A stretch of 64,000 bases of DNA, from the NCBI GenBank assembly GCA_021813945.1, contig JAKAJD010000001.1:270742-334741 (forward strand). The letters run 5' to 3'. Position 1 is the stretch's first letter. The number at the start of each line of letters is the position of its first letter. The stretch is from a bacterium. Its GTDB lineage: Bacteria > Patescibacteriota > Microgenomatia > Curtissbacterales > GWA2-41-24. A program made the position numbers and the translations under genes. The notes beneath the pieces were generated by a model. The model was not told the DNA's origin. It made no database searches and was given only the letters and a program-made list of their open reading frames with translations. This document shows, in pieces, positions 45,532-54,814 of the stretch.

Positions 45532-46337
45532 AAGGTCTAAACTTAAAACTCAAGGGTCAAAAGTTTTCCTTGAATATCTGCCATCTTTATCCGGACCTCA
45601 TGGATACCTATGGCGATAAAGGAAATATATTGGCAATCATTTACCGTTGCCAAAAACGCGGGATTGATGTCAGTCTTGAAGAAGTTTCAGTCAATCAACC
45701 ACTGACAACTAATATCTACGACCTTTTCTTTTTCGGTGGAGGGCAAGACCAAGCCCAATCGATAGTTGGAGAAGATTTACTAAAAAAGTCGGATGTTCTC
45801 AAAAAATATATTGATAGCGGATCGGCGCTTCTATCAATTTGTGGTGGTTACCAGCTCCTGCAGAAATACTTTCAGACAAAAGAGGGGCAAAAAATTCCCG
45901 GAATTGGCCTTTTTGATGCTTATACAATTGGCTCAAACGACCGCATGATCCAAAATTTGTTGATCGAAACAGACGGATCACTTCAAACACAAATTGAAAG
46001 CGCATATCCGTCAAACGATTTGCCATCAACTAGTCTTATCGGTTTCGAAAACCATTCGGGAAAAACTTATTTGGGAAAAAGCCTTAAGCCCTTGGGGTCA
46101 GTTTTGGCAGGCAGCGGGAATAACGGAGAAGACAGTACCGAAGGCGCGATTTACAAGAATGCCTTCGGATGCTATTTGCATGGTTCACTTCTTCCCAAAA
46201 ATCCGCACTTTGCAGACTTTCTGATCGCAAAAGCACTTGAGAAAAACTACGGTCCTGTCAATCTTGAACCGCTTGACGACGAAATCGAATGGCAAGCCCA
46301 CAACAAAGCAGTGGAATTAACTCGCGCTTCAAGCTAG
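45516..46337 (+). CDS. gatD: Lipid II isoglutaminyl synthase glutaminase subunit GatD (CobB/CobQ-like GATase)
   Basis: Catalytic Cys in 'LSICGGYQLL' and His in 'GCYLHGSLL'. It overlaps the murT end by 16 nt. Confidence 0.8.
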   Translation: MAQTVEGLNLKLKGQKFSLNICHLYPDLMDTYGDKGNILAIIYRCQKRGIDVSLEEVSVNQPLTTNIYDLFFFGGGQDQAQSIVGEDLLKKSDVLKKYIDSGSALLSICGGYQLLQKYFQTKEGQKIPGIGLFDAYTIGSNDRMIQNLLIETDGSLQTQIESAYPSNDLPSTSLIGFENHSGKTYLGKSLKPLGSVLAGSGNNGEDSTEGAIYKNAFGCYLHGSLLPKNPHFADFLIAKALEKNYGPVNLEPLDDEIEWQAHNKAVELTRASS

Positions 46338-46394
46338 CATCTAAAAGGTTCACGACTATTTGACTATCCATCATCATATTGATAAGATTTCGGC

Positions 46395-46769
46395 GTGCCG
46401 AACAAACAGGAAACAAGAACATCATTGCCAGATAGGGAAAGATGGTACCGCAGAATGCTTGCAGGCTACATAAATGATGCAGATCTATTAAGGCTTTCAG
46501 GAGAACTTGTTGCAAAAGTTACTAGGAGAAACTCAGGAGCATTTAAATTCGGCGACAACTCGAGTTCAGTCGTGGTTAAACTGGATCCAGAAAGTGACAC
46601 GCCGGGCCAAATTATTCAAGCAGTCGCAGATAGAGGAGAAATCTATCATTTTAAAAAATCAGGCGATGGCATAAAAGCAGTTTTCGCAGATCCAGAAAAA
46701 GATTCACCATTGGAATCATCAGATCGATTGAGTTTGGCAAGAGAACTCTTAAGATATTACCCTCTTTAG
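46395..46769 (+). CDS. Hypothetical protein
   Basis: 124 aa, no motif recognised. Confidence 0.4.
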   Translation: MPNKQETRTSLPDRERWYRRMLAGYINDADLLRLSGELVAKVTRRNSGAFKFGDNSSSVVVKLDPESDTPGQIIQAVADRGEIYHFKKSGDGIKAVFADPEKDSPLESSDRLSLARELLRYYPL

Positions 46770-46795
46770 TTAAAATCTGCTAAAATTCAACCTGA

Positions 46796-46877
46796 GCCGA
46801 GGTGGCGGAACTGGCAGACGCGCACGCTTTAGGAGCGTGTACCGTAAGGTGTGCAGGTTCGACTCCTGTCCTCGGCA
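46796..46877 (+). tRNA. tRNA-Leu (anticodon TAG)
   Basis: GCCGAGGTGGCGGAACTGGCAGACGCG CACGCtTTAGGAgCGTG with a long variable arm and GCAGGTTCGACTCCTGTCCTCGGCA. Confidence 0.85.
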
Positions 46878-46881
46878 CGAA

Positions 46882-47487
46882 TCATTTTTTGGGTCTGAGC
46901 AACAAATTTCCGACAAAAATAATTGCCAAAGAGATTATCAGTCCAAAACCTGTCGCTCCCACTGAAAAAATCAGCATCTGCCAATAACTTGTTTTTGAAG
47001 GATCAAAAAAATAGTAAGGATACCAGCCTGTTATCGCTCCCCGCGCAAAAACAAACGCAACATAAAAAAGCGGGAAAATAAGCCACTTAAAAATTGCCGT
47101 AAGTTTCAGCTTCTCCTTTAGCGGAAAAAGTATCCAGCCTAACGACATCACAACTGGGGCCAATCTATGATCGACAAAATTGATCCAAAAAACCGGTTTT
47201 ATTTCGGGCCTTCCGGAGAGAGTAAATTGATAGATAACAGCAGAAATTATTATATAAGCCAAAACAGCACCCCGAACTTCGTCAAAAGAAAACCCTAATA
47301 ACCCTTTTCGCCGGTCATAAAATCCGATCCATAAAAAAAGTACTGCAGCAAAAAGTATCGAAAAAACAGTAAAGTAGCTGAAAAAATCGATAAGCCTGTT
47401 GACGTTGATTAGCAAATCGTACAAAAATGCCCAAGCAAAAATTAAGCCAAAAAATAAATAGTAAAAACGAAAAATTGCCTTGGTCAC
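46882..47487 (-). CDS. Polytopic membrane protein (unknown)
   Basis: 201 aa, about 6 TM helices, no motif recognised. Confidence 0.45.
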   Translation of the reverse strand: MTKAIFRFYYLFFGLIFAWAFLYDLLINVNRLIDFFSYFTVFSILFAAVLFLWIGFYDRRKGLLGFSFDEVRGAVLAYIIISAVIYQFTLSGRPEIKPVFWINFVDHRLAPVVMSLGWILFPLKEKLKLTAIFKWLIFPLFYVAFVFARGAITGWYPYYFFDPSKTSYWQMLIFSVGATGFGLIISLAIIFVGNLLLRPKK

Positions 47488-47581
47488 AATACGATTATCC
47501 CATTAAATCAAGATAAATAAAAATGCTCAAGTCACAAAGTAGATTGAATTTTTAAGGCTAATCTGAATATAATTACACCGA

Positions 47582-48670
47582 ATGAATTTTTTAAATACCA
47601 AAGATTACTTTACCCTAATCAAAAAGCTGTTGAATAAAAAAATCTTAATCACAGCAGCCTTACTTCTGATCTTGTACTTCGTTGGCAACAGAAACGCCCA
47701 GGATGCATCCAAAATTAAAACTTATAAGGTGTCTCCAAACACTTTAATTTCAACAGTAACCTCATCTGGAAAAATTCAAGCAGACCAGTCGACTGATTTA
47801 CACTTTCAAACAAGCGGACAGTTGGCGTGGATAAACGCAAAGCAAGGTGATCAAGTTTATAAAGGCCAGGCAATTGCTTCACTCAACACACAAGTCCTTG
47901 AAAAGCAGCTCAAATCGGACTTGAACACTTATGCTAAAACCCGCACCACCTTCGACGATACAAACTATACGTATAAAGATCAGCCGCTAACCGACGCAAT
48001 AAAAAGAATTGCCCAAAGGTCCCAGCTCGATCTTGAAAATTCGGTGGTAGACGTGGAAATACGAGACCTTGCTGTTCGCTTTTCTACAATTACATCACCC
48101 ATCGACGGCTACATTATTTCAGCCCCGGCAGTCTACCCCGGTAGCAATGTTCTGGCAACAGACACAATTGCAACGGTTGCAAACACTAAAAACGTTCAAT
48201 TTTTGGCAGAAGTAGACGAAACAGATGTAGGCAAAATCGCCCTTGACCAAGTTACAAAAATCACGTTAGACGCTTATCCGAATGACACTTTTAACTCAAA
48301 AGTGGCATTAATCACCCCCAAAGCTATTACAACATCAACTGGCGCAACTGCATTCAATACAATATTCAATATTGACACCCAAAAACAATTGTTAATAGGC
48401 ATGAATGGCACTGCTCAAATTGAAGTGGGTAGAGCGGAAAATGTTAATTCTGTGCCCCTTGAAGCAATAGTGGATGATAAATACCTGTATGTTAAATCCA
48501 GGAAAAAATTTGAAAAAAAGGAAATTGAAAAAGGGACTGAATCGGACACCGATGTTGAAATAACACGTGGCCTTACAACTGGCGATATAGTCTTAACTGC
48601 AGGTTTTGACGAACTCAAAAAAGGCAGTATTTTTCAAAAAATAACTGGAAGTGTTCTGTGGCCCCAATAA
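47582..48670 (+). CDS. Efflux periplasmic adaptor (HlyD/MacA-family membrane fusion protein)
   Basis: N-terminal TM anchor, coiled-coil, then beta-barrel regions typical of MFP. Followed by an ABC ATPase and an FtsX permease. Confidence 0.75.
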   Translation: MNFLNTKDYFTLIKKLLNKKILITAALLLILYFVGNRNAQDASKIKTYKVSPNTLISTVTSSGKIQADQSTDLHFQTSGQLAWINAKQGDQVYKGQAIASLNTQVLEKQLKSDLNTYAKTRTTFDDTNYTYKDQPLTDAIKRIAQRSQLDLENSVVDVEIRDLAVRFSTITSPIDGYIISAPAVYPGSNVLATDTIATVANTKNVQFLAEVDETDVGKIALDQVTKITLDAYPNDTFNSKVALITPKAITTSTGATAFNTIFNIDTQKQLLIGMNGTAQIEVGRAENVNSVPLEAIVDDKYLYVKSRKKFEKKEIEKGTESDTDVEITRGLTTGDIVLTAGFDELKKGSIFQKITGSVLWPQ

Positions 48671-49377
48671 TAAGCACCAAAAATCTTTGCAAATATTATG
48701 GTGAAGAGGACAACATTACCAAGGCCGTCGACAACGTTTCTGTAAAAATAGACAAAGGCGAATTTGTAGCAATCATTGGACCATCCGGATCAGGTAAATC
48801 TACCCTCATGCACATAATAGGCTGCCTTGACAAGCCCACTAGCGGGCAATACTTTTTAGAGAATAAACAATTAGCGCAATTTTCGGAAAATGAACTTGCA
48901 AAAATTAGGAATGATCAAATTGGTTTTGTTTTCCAATCTTTTAATCTCCTTCCGAGAACTTCTGCGCAAAAAAATGTTGAACTTCCTCTTGTTTATGCCA
49001 AGGTGAGGGCAGGTGAGCGAGAAAAGAGAGCGCAAGACCTTTTAAAAAAATTGGGCCTTGGTGAAAAATTTCAGTCAACACCGGCAAAGCTCTCAGGCGG
49101 CCAGCAGCAAAGAGTTGCAATCGCAAGAGCCCTTGTTAATAATCCTCTGATACTTCTTGCAGATGAACCAACTGGAAATCTGGACACAAAAGCTTCTTTC
49201 GAAATAATGGACATTCTAAAAAATCTAAACCAAGAGGGTATTACAGTGGTTATGATTACCCATGAGGTAGATATTGCCAAACAGGCAAAAAGAATTATTT
49301 CTATGAGAGACGGCAAAATTGTCAATGATAAAAAAGTAATAAAAAACAAAAAAAATGCAGATTACGGAAATATTTAA
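48658..49377 (+). CDS. ABC transporter ATP-binding protein (MacB/LolD type)
   Basis: Walker A 'GPSGSGKST', signature 'LSGGQQQRVAIARAL' and Walker B 'ILLADEPTGNLD'. Confidence 0.9.
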   Translation: MAPIISTKNLCKYYGEEDNITKAVDNVSVKIDKGEFVAIIGPSGSGKSTLMHIIGCLDKPTSGQYFLENKQLAQFSENELAKIRNDQIGFVFQSFNLLPRTSAQKNVELPLVYAKVRAGEREKRAQDLLKKLGLGEKFQSTPAKLSGGQQQRVAIARALVNNPLILLADEPTGNLDTKASFEIMDILKNLNQEGITVVMITHEVDIAKQAKRIISMRDGKIVNDKKVIKNKKNADYGNI

Positions 49378-50548
49378 GCTTGCTATTGAAGCAATTCGAG
49401 TTAATAAACTGCGCTCAGTACTCACTTCCTTGGGAATAATAATTGGGGTAGCAGCAATTATTCTTTTGGTCTCAATTGGCTCAGGCCTTCAAAATTATGT
49501 TACGAGCGAATTCAAAAAACTAGGCGCAAATTCAATTTTTATTTTACCTGGCAAAGTTGAAATTTCGGCAGCAGGTACATCTGCCCAATCAGTAAACAAA
49601 CTTACATTTGCCCTAATGAACAAATTAGAGCAAGCAAAAAGTCCGAATATCGAGAAAGTTCTGCCATTCATCGAAATCTTTGTCACTGCTTCAAACAAAA
49701 ACAGCTCTAAGGTTACCAGGCTAGTCGCTTCATACAGCGACTATTTCGCAATCTCCGGTATAAAAACATCAGAAGGAAGAATATACACTGACAGTGAAGA
49801 GAAAAGCAGTAAAAAGGTGGCAGTTATCGGAAAAACAATTGCAAAAGATCTTTATAAAAACCAGTCCCCAATAGGTAAGCAAATATCTCTTTCCAAAAAA
49901 CCATTTACGGTCATAGGGGTATTCGAACCCCAGGGAAGTGTCGCCGGCGTAGACGTAGACAATGCGGTTATCATACCCCTCTCTGCAGGCAGAAACCTAA
50001 CCGGTACCGATCTCGTAAATCAAGTTCTAGTCAGAACTACGTCAACGGAAAACATCCAGGAAGCCAAAAAAGATATCGAAAAAATACTTTTAAGAACTCT
50101 TTCCGAAGATGACTTCACTATAATGACCCAGGAACAGCTGCTTTCCTCGATACTGCAAATTCTAGGCGTGCTAACTCTTGCACTTGGAGGTATTGCGGCA
50201 ATTTCACTTGTAGTTGGAGGCGTAGGTATATCTAACATAATGTTGGTCTCCGTAACCGAAAGAACTAGAGAAATTGGCCTTAGAAAGGCAGTTGGGGCTA
50301 GACCTTCCGACATTTTAATACAATTTTTGTTGGAAGCGGTAATCTTGTCTTTGGTGGGCGGCGCAATTGGCCTTTTAATCGGTGCAACAGGTTCTTTCTT
50401 GATCTCCGCTTATATTAAATCGTCAGTTCCTCTTTGGGCAATATTTTTAGGCGTGGGCTTTTCAAGCCTTGTGGGCATAATTTTCGGCGTTGCACCCGCA
50501 ATTCGCGCTTCTCGACTGGACCCAATTGTTGCCCTCAGATACGAATAA
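49355..50548 (+). CDS. ABC transporter permease (FtsX/MacB family)
   Basis: N-terminal TM, a large periplasmic domain, then 3 C-terminal TM helices with 'RTREIGLRKAVGA'. Confidence 0.85.
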   Translation: MQITEIFKLAIEAIRVNKLRSVLTSLGIIIGVAAIILLVSIGSGLQNYVTSEFKKLGANSIFILPGKVEISAAGTSAQSVNKLTFALMNKLEQAKSPNIEKVLPFIEIFVTASNKNSSKVTRLVASYSDYFAISGIKTSEGRIYTDSEEKSSKKVAVIGKTIAKDLYKNQSPIGKQISLSKKPFTVIGVFEPQGSVAGVDVDNAVIIPLSAGRNLTGTDLVNQVLVRTTSTENIQEAKKDIEKILLRTLSEDDFTIMTQEQLLSSILQILGVLTLALGGIAAISLVVGGVGISNIMLVSVTERTREIGLRKAVGARPSDILIQFLLEAVILSLVGGAIGLLIGATGSFLISAYIKSSVPLWAIFLGVGFSSLVGIIFGVAPAIRASRLDPIVALRYE

Positions 50549-50564
50549 GCATAAAATTAAACTA

Positions 50565-51389
50565 ATGCCCAAGGTTAAAAAAGCAGGTCTTATTTTAGCT
50601 GTTGTTCTGCTGTCTTTAGTCCTTACCTCATCTCAAGCGAAAGCCCAATACCTGGATGCCCAAGAAAAGCAACGCCTGGATCAAGCTCTCCAGGACTATT
50701 CATATCAATTTTCAAAATACGAAGACTGCCACAATAAGTACATCACGGATAGATCCACTTACCTTTCCTTCCAAACGGCAACAGCCAAAAATACTGCTTT
50801 TTTGACAACTAAAGATTGTCTGTCTAAGGTTTACAACGTTTACGTTGCATACCTTAGATACGTCAAAGAACAGGGCAATACCTTCAACTGGAACAAAAAA
50901 GATGCTGAAAAAAATCAAATCTTTAAAACCTTAGACGACGAAATCGCCAATTACCAAAACAATCAAAAAAACGTTGATACTCTGCAAACACTAGACGATA
51001 CTGTACCTTATGCAGCAGACTTAAAAATTTATGTCACAAAAACCACTTATCCTATTGTCCTAAAAGCTCTTGCCACATACGATGTAGCGGAAAGCGAAGC
51101 GGCTCTGGAAAACTTTGTTAATCTTTCCCAAGACCTAAGAACCTTTGTCACTTCCAGAATAGACGAAAAACAATACGCCTCATTTTTAGCAAATTGGGAC
51201 ACGGAAGTTGCCAATATTCGTTCGACCTCTCAATCAAGCAATGCAGATGCCAGAAAAGCCCTTGATAAAATTAAGCCAACTTCAAATGACCCAACTACTC
51301 TTGCAGGCATAGATAAAGCAACAGCTACCACCAAAGATCAACTCGAAAGAGCCAAAAACATCTTTTCAGAAATTCTAAAAACAATATGA
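50565..51389 (+). CDS. Secreted hypothetical protein
   Basis: Signal peptide 'MPKVKKAGLILAVVLLSLVLTSSQAKA' from the ATG at 50565. The ORF track extends to 50490. Confidence 0.5.
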   Translation: MPKVKKAGLILAVVLLSLVLTSSQAKAQYLDAQEKQRLDQALQDYSYQFSKYEDCHNKYITDRSTYLSFQTATAKNTAFLTTKDCLSKVYNVYVAYLRYVKEQGNTFNWNKKDAEKNQIFKTLDDEIANYQNNQKNVDTLQTLDDTVPYAADLKIYVTKTTYPIVLKALATYDVAESEAALENFVNLSQDLRTFVTSRIDEKQYASFLANWDTEVANIRSTSQSSNADARKALDKIKPTSNDPTTLAGIDKATATTKDQLERAKNIFSEILKTI

Positions 51390-51823
51390 ACGAAGAAGCT
51401 CAAGGCGTGATGGAGGAAGAAATATTAGCAGAGGAAAATGCTATTCCAAAGGAAAGGCAAACTACCAAGATAAATGCGCAACAACCGCCACCGAAAAAGA
51501 AAAAGACTCTACAAGAATTAGCTCGCGATTGGTTCTATAAACTAAAAGCCCCAAAACCAATAAGCTACGTAATCCTGTGTTCTCTAATTATTATAATTTA
51601 CACCGGTTTACTTTTACTTTCGGGAAAACGCCCGGCGCAATCGACCAAAAGCACCGTCTCAAATAACGCGATTGCTTCCCCAAGTCCTTCAGTGGACCCG
51701 CAAGTTAAAGCATGGCAAGACAAAGTCAGTCAATTCACTGATTACATAGATTACATAAATTCCCAATCAAGAACATTCACCCCGCCAAACGTAGACTTAA
51801 ACATTAATTTCACCGGCAAATAG
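51386..51823 (+). CDS. Membrane-anchored hypothetical protein
   Basis: Single TM 'ISYVILCSLIIIIYTGLLLL'. ATGA overlap with the upstream gene. Confidence 0.45.
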   Translation: MNEEAQGVMEEEILAEENAIPKERQTTKINAQQPPPKKKKTLQELARDWFYKLKAPKPISYVILCSLIIIIYTGLLLLSGKRPAQSTKSTVSNNAIASPSPSVDPQVKAWQDKVSQFTDYIDYINSQSRTFTPPNVDLNINFTGK

Positions 51824-51835
51824 TTTCATCCATCT

Positions 51836-52489
51836 TTGACTTTAGCCTCAAAAAAGCATATAATAAGCCCGATGAATACGACCCAGGCTGCTAAAAACGC
51901 GGCAAAAATTATACGCGAACCACTAGAAACCCTAAAGGACCAGCTCGGACCAATAGGAGAAGAAGCAAAAGATGAGATCATGGGCTTTTTCCCTGAAATG
52001 CTTACGGGCAAAAGACAAAACACCATGGCAAATGCAGATCTTAAAAGAGCCCGCGAAGAACAAAAGTTAAAAGAAATGAAAGCAGAATCAGACGCCCAAT
52101 CCGAAGAAGAAGCCCAAAATATTACTCTAGCAATACGAGCCATTCAGGAAGAATACAGAACACAATCCTCAAGAACCGAAGAGCAGATTCAGCAAGACCT
52201 CAAGGCAGAAATTGTCGCCCTTCAGCAAGAAATTGCCGAACTTTCCAAAGTCGTCGGCAAACCGACAACAGCACATATGGAAGCAATACCCAAAAAGGTG
52301 GGCGCAATAGACGTTAAGAGGCTCACAACTATAGTTAAAACCTGGCGCCTAGAAGCCAAAAAATCCAAAGATGCACAAGATATGGTCTCCCAAAGGCAGA
52401 ACGCCAAACCGTCAACAGGCATGCTTGCTTGGGTTTCTGGCAAGCAAATGAAGATCCACGAACAGGGAACTATGCAATTGCAAGGGTAG
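51836..52489 (+). CDS. Coiled-coil hypothetical protein
   Basis: 217 aa, E/K/Q-rich heptad-like segments. Confidence 0.4.
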   Translation: MTLASKKHIISPMNTTQAAKNAAKIIREPLETLKDQLGPIGEEAKDEIMGFFPEMLTGKRQNTMANADLKRAREEQKLKEMKAESDAQSEEEAQNITLAIRAIQEEYRTQSSRTEEQIQQDLKAEIVALQQEIAELSKVVGKPTTAHMEAIPKKVGAIDVKRLTTIVKTWRLEAKKSKDAQDMVSQRQNAKPSTGMLAWVSGKQMKIHEQGTMQLQG

Positions 52490-52588
52490 CTCCAATACCT
52501 GCAGATTTTAACCGACAAAGTCATATCCCATAATATTGATTTCTAAGCAAATTTTTGCTATAATTCGCGCGCAAAAATAGGAGGTTCC

Positions 52589-53956
52589 ATGAATCTAGAA
52601 TTTGAGGCACCAACTATAGCTGCTACTGCATCATCTGTCCTTCCGGACATAGGTTCGCTACAACCATTTTCTGCAAATTTAGCTCCATCTTTAGGCGAAG
52701 GGTTTAATTTTAACCCCAGTTTTGGTATGGAAATAAAACCAATAACGATCAATGCGGCTGCACCCTCACTAGAACTGCATTTTCCATCACTCGAAAATAT
52801 CCAGCCGCAAATACATTTGGACAAAACAGTTCCTGTACCTGAGGTTGTTTTCAACGAAAAGCTTTTTGAAGCAATACGGCCAAATGTTGCCCAAGATGCG
52901 CCGTTTCAAATCCAGCCGCTTCCTGCAGAAATTTCAGTCCCGATATCTATTCTGGAAAAAGAAGCCGATCTGAAAGCTCGTGAAGAGGCAATCAACATGG
53001 CAAATATCTTATTTCCAGGTTCTATAACTGAACAAAACTTTTGGGTTGAAAAAATTCGACAAATAGAAAAAATGGCAGACTCATTTGACGCTTCGGCGTC
53101 AATAGACCTAACCGCACCCGAAATAGTGTTACCTTTGGCAGCTGAGCCATCAGCCGAGCCGCAGGCAGAAAAGGCTGTGGAAATAGTTTCAAATCCTAAA
53201 ACAGAAACGCAAGCTTCAAATGATGTGCAAACGGAAATTGAAACACAAACGCAGCCAGAAACAGTCGCCCAAACAGCAACGGGTTCTGGAATGCAAGGAC
53301 CAAATGTTCCAATAGCGCTGGAATCGGAATCGGAACAGCCAAATGATGAAGCTGAACCAGAAACACTGCCTAGAGGTAAAGAGCCCGAATGGGATGAATA
53401 TGTAACATCGGAAGCAAATCGCGTTGCCAAGGCAAGCCTTAAAAAAAGGCGCAATATCGCAAAAGAAATCCTTAAGGAGTCGATCTCAGATGAGGGTTTA
53501 GATTTGACAACCAAAGTTGAAGCCAAAATTTATAAACTGGATGTACCTGATATTGCCGAAGCAGTGCAGATTGCTTCAAGAAAATTAGAATATCCACAAA
53601 TCACAACAAGGGTGGAGGCAAACTTGTTATATATTGAAAACAGGGATGATCCAATTGAAGTTCATACGGCAATTGATAAAGCCATTTCAAAAACGCCGCC
53701 AATCGAGAAAACCAGAAAGGTAGTATCAGCGACTAGAAAAAAACAGTCTGATCTTTCAGGGGCTCCCAAAAGGCTTGCAAATCAAGGGGCGAAATTCATT
53801 GCGTTATTAAAAGATATGGTTTGGGTTCGGACAAAAAGACTAAAACTGGAAGAACCGGTCGAAATGAAAAAAGTCGAGAAAAAAGACGACAAAAAGCAAA
53901 ACCTTCGGGTGGGCTCAAGAGGGCTCGAACCTCTGACCTCCACAATGTCAATGTGA
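52589..53956 (+). CDS. Hypothetical P/E/A-rich protein
   Basis: 455 aa of low-complexity acidic linkers. The 3' end runs 46 nt into the antisense tRNA-Val. Confidence 0.45.
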   Translation: MNLEFEAPTIAATASSVLPDIGSLQPFSANLAPSLGEGFNFNPSFGMEIKPITINAAAPSLELHFPSLENIQPQIHLDKTVPVPEVVFNEKLFEAIRPNVAQDAPFQIQPLPAEISVPISILEKEADLKAREEAINMANILFPGSITEQNFWVEKIRQIEKMADSFDASASIDLTAPEIVLPLAAEPSAEPQAEKAVEIVSNPKTETQASNDVQTEIETQTQPETVAQTATGSGMQGPNVPIALESESEQPNDEAEPETLPRGKEPEWDEYVTSEANRVAKASLKKRRNIAKEILKESISDEGLDLTTKVEAKIYKLDVPDIAEAVQIASRKLEYPQITTRVEANLLYIENRDDPIEVHTAIDKAISKTPPIEKTRKVVSATRKKQSDLSGAPKRLANQGAKFIALLKDMVWVRTKRLKLEEPVEMKKVEKKDDKKQNLRVGSRGLEPLTSTMSM

Positions 53957-53983
53957 CGCTCTAACCAACTGAGCTATGAGCCC
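53910..53983 (-). tRNA. tRNA-Val (anticodon GAC)
   Basis: Reverse complement reads GGGCTCATAGCTCAGTTGGTTAGAGCG TCACAtTGACAtTGTGG AGGTCAGAGGTTCGAGCCCTCTTGAGCCCA. Confidence 0.8.
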
Positions 53984-54062
53984 GAAAGTACTAATGATTC
54001 TACTAAATATAGCCAAATCTATCAAATTTGTACCAATCAGATATAAAAGGTAAAATATACAT

Positions 54063-54485
54063 ATGGAAAATGGTGGAAAAGAAACTTGGGCAGAACATCT
54101 TGCTAGGATCAAAAAAGAAGCACCTTTAGATCCACAAACACAAGCCAAAAAAAGTAAGGGCCAAGAACCACATTATCCGTCTGATCTTCCACCGGACGGT
54201 GGAATAATCCAGCGCCCCCAAAGAGGCAATGTCACAACCCCAATCCCCGCAGGCGAAGGGGAGACTCTTAATGGAACCAGAGTCAGAACAAATTTTACAA
54301 GGCGCGGACGGACTCCCTTAAATGGATTAGACGAATATATTCAAGCTACACTTGATAATGGAGGCCACGAACCGGATGAAGCCCTAAGAAAAAAGGCAAT
54401 CAAATATTTACACGGACGCTCAGCCGGCATTATCCGATCCGCTGAAGCAAGATTGCGTCGCCAAAAACCTCCCACCGAACACTAA
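54063..54485 (+). CDS. Hypothetical basic protein
   Basis: 140 aa, GC-rich, no motif. Confidence 0.35.
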   Translation: MENGGKETWAEHLARIKKEAPLDPQTQAKKSKGQEPHYPSDLPPDGGIIQRPQRGNVTTPIPAGEGETLNGTRVRTNFTRRGRTPLNGLDEYIQATLDNGGHEPDEALRKKAIKYLHGRSAGIIRSAEARLRRQKPPTEH

Positions 54486-54526
54486 TTCCTTGCGAAAAAT
54501 CCCAAATATAATCTACAATCAACTTA

Positions 54527-54814
54527 ATGGCAGAGCAAATACCACAAACGCAAAATCCGCAGCCGCAACCACAACCTCCAAAAATGGAAAACTACGAGAG
54601 AGTTCATCGCCCTTTCTGGAAAATGGTTTTTAACAACTTTTTCGGCGGGATCGCCTGGAGTATAGGCGTTTTAATCGGAACCACAATTGTTATTGCCATT
54701 GCCGCCTTTTTCATTCGCAAAATCGATTTCGTTCCAATCTTTGGACATTTCTTCGCGGAAGTATTAAAATCCGCCCAAAGCAACATACAACCAACGGCTA
54801 CGCCAATTCCATGA
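54527..54814 (+). CDS. Small membrane protein with Q/P-rich N-terminus
   Basis: 'QIPQTQNPQPQPQPPK' followed by one TM helix. ATGA overlap with thrS. Confidence 0.4.
   Translation: MAEQIPQTQNPQPQPQPPKMENYERVHRPFWKMVFNNFFGGIAWSIGVLIGTTIVIAIAAFFIRKIDFVPIFGHFFAEVLKSAQSNIQPTATPIP

Noticed and set aside
46802-46987. ORF 46802..46987 (+), 61 aa
   Set aside because: Starts inside tRNA-Leu(TAG) and runs antisense into the 46882..47487 membrane-protein gene. It is spurious.
53948-54148. ORF 53948..54148 (-), 66 aa
   Set aside because: Overlaps tRNA-Val(GAC) on the same strand and has no RBS. It is spurious.
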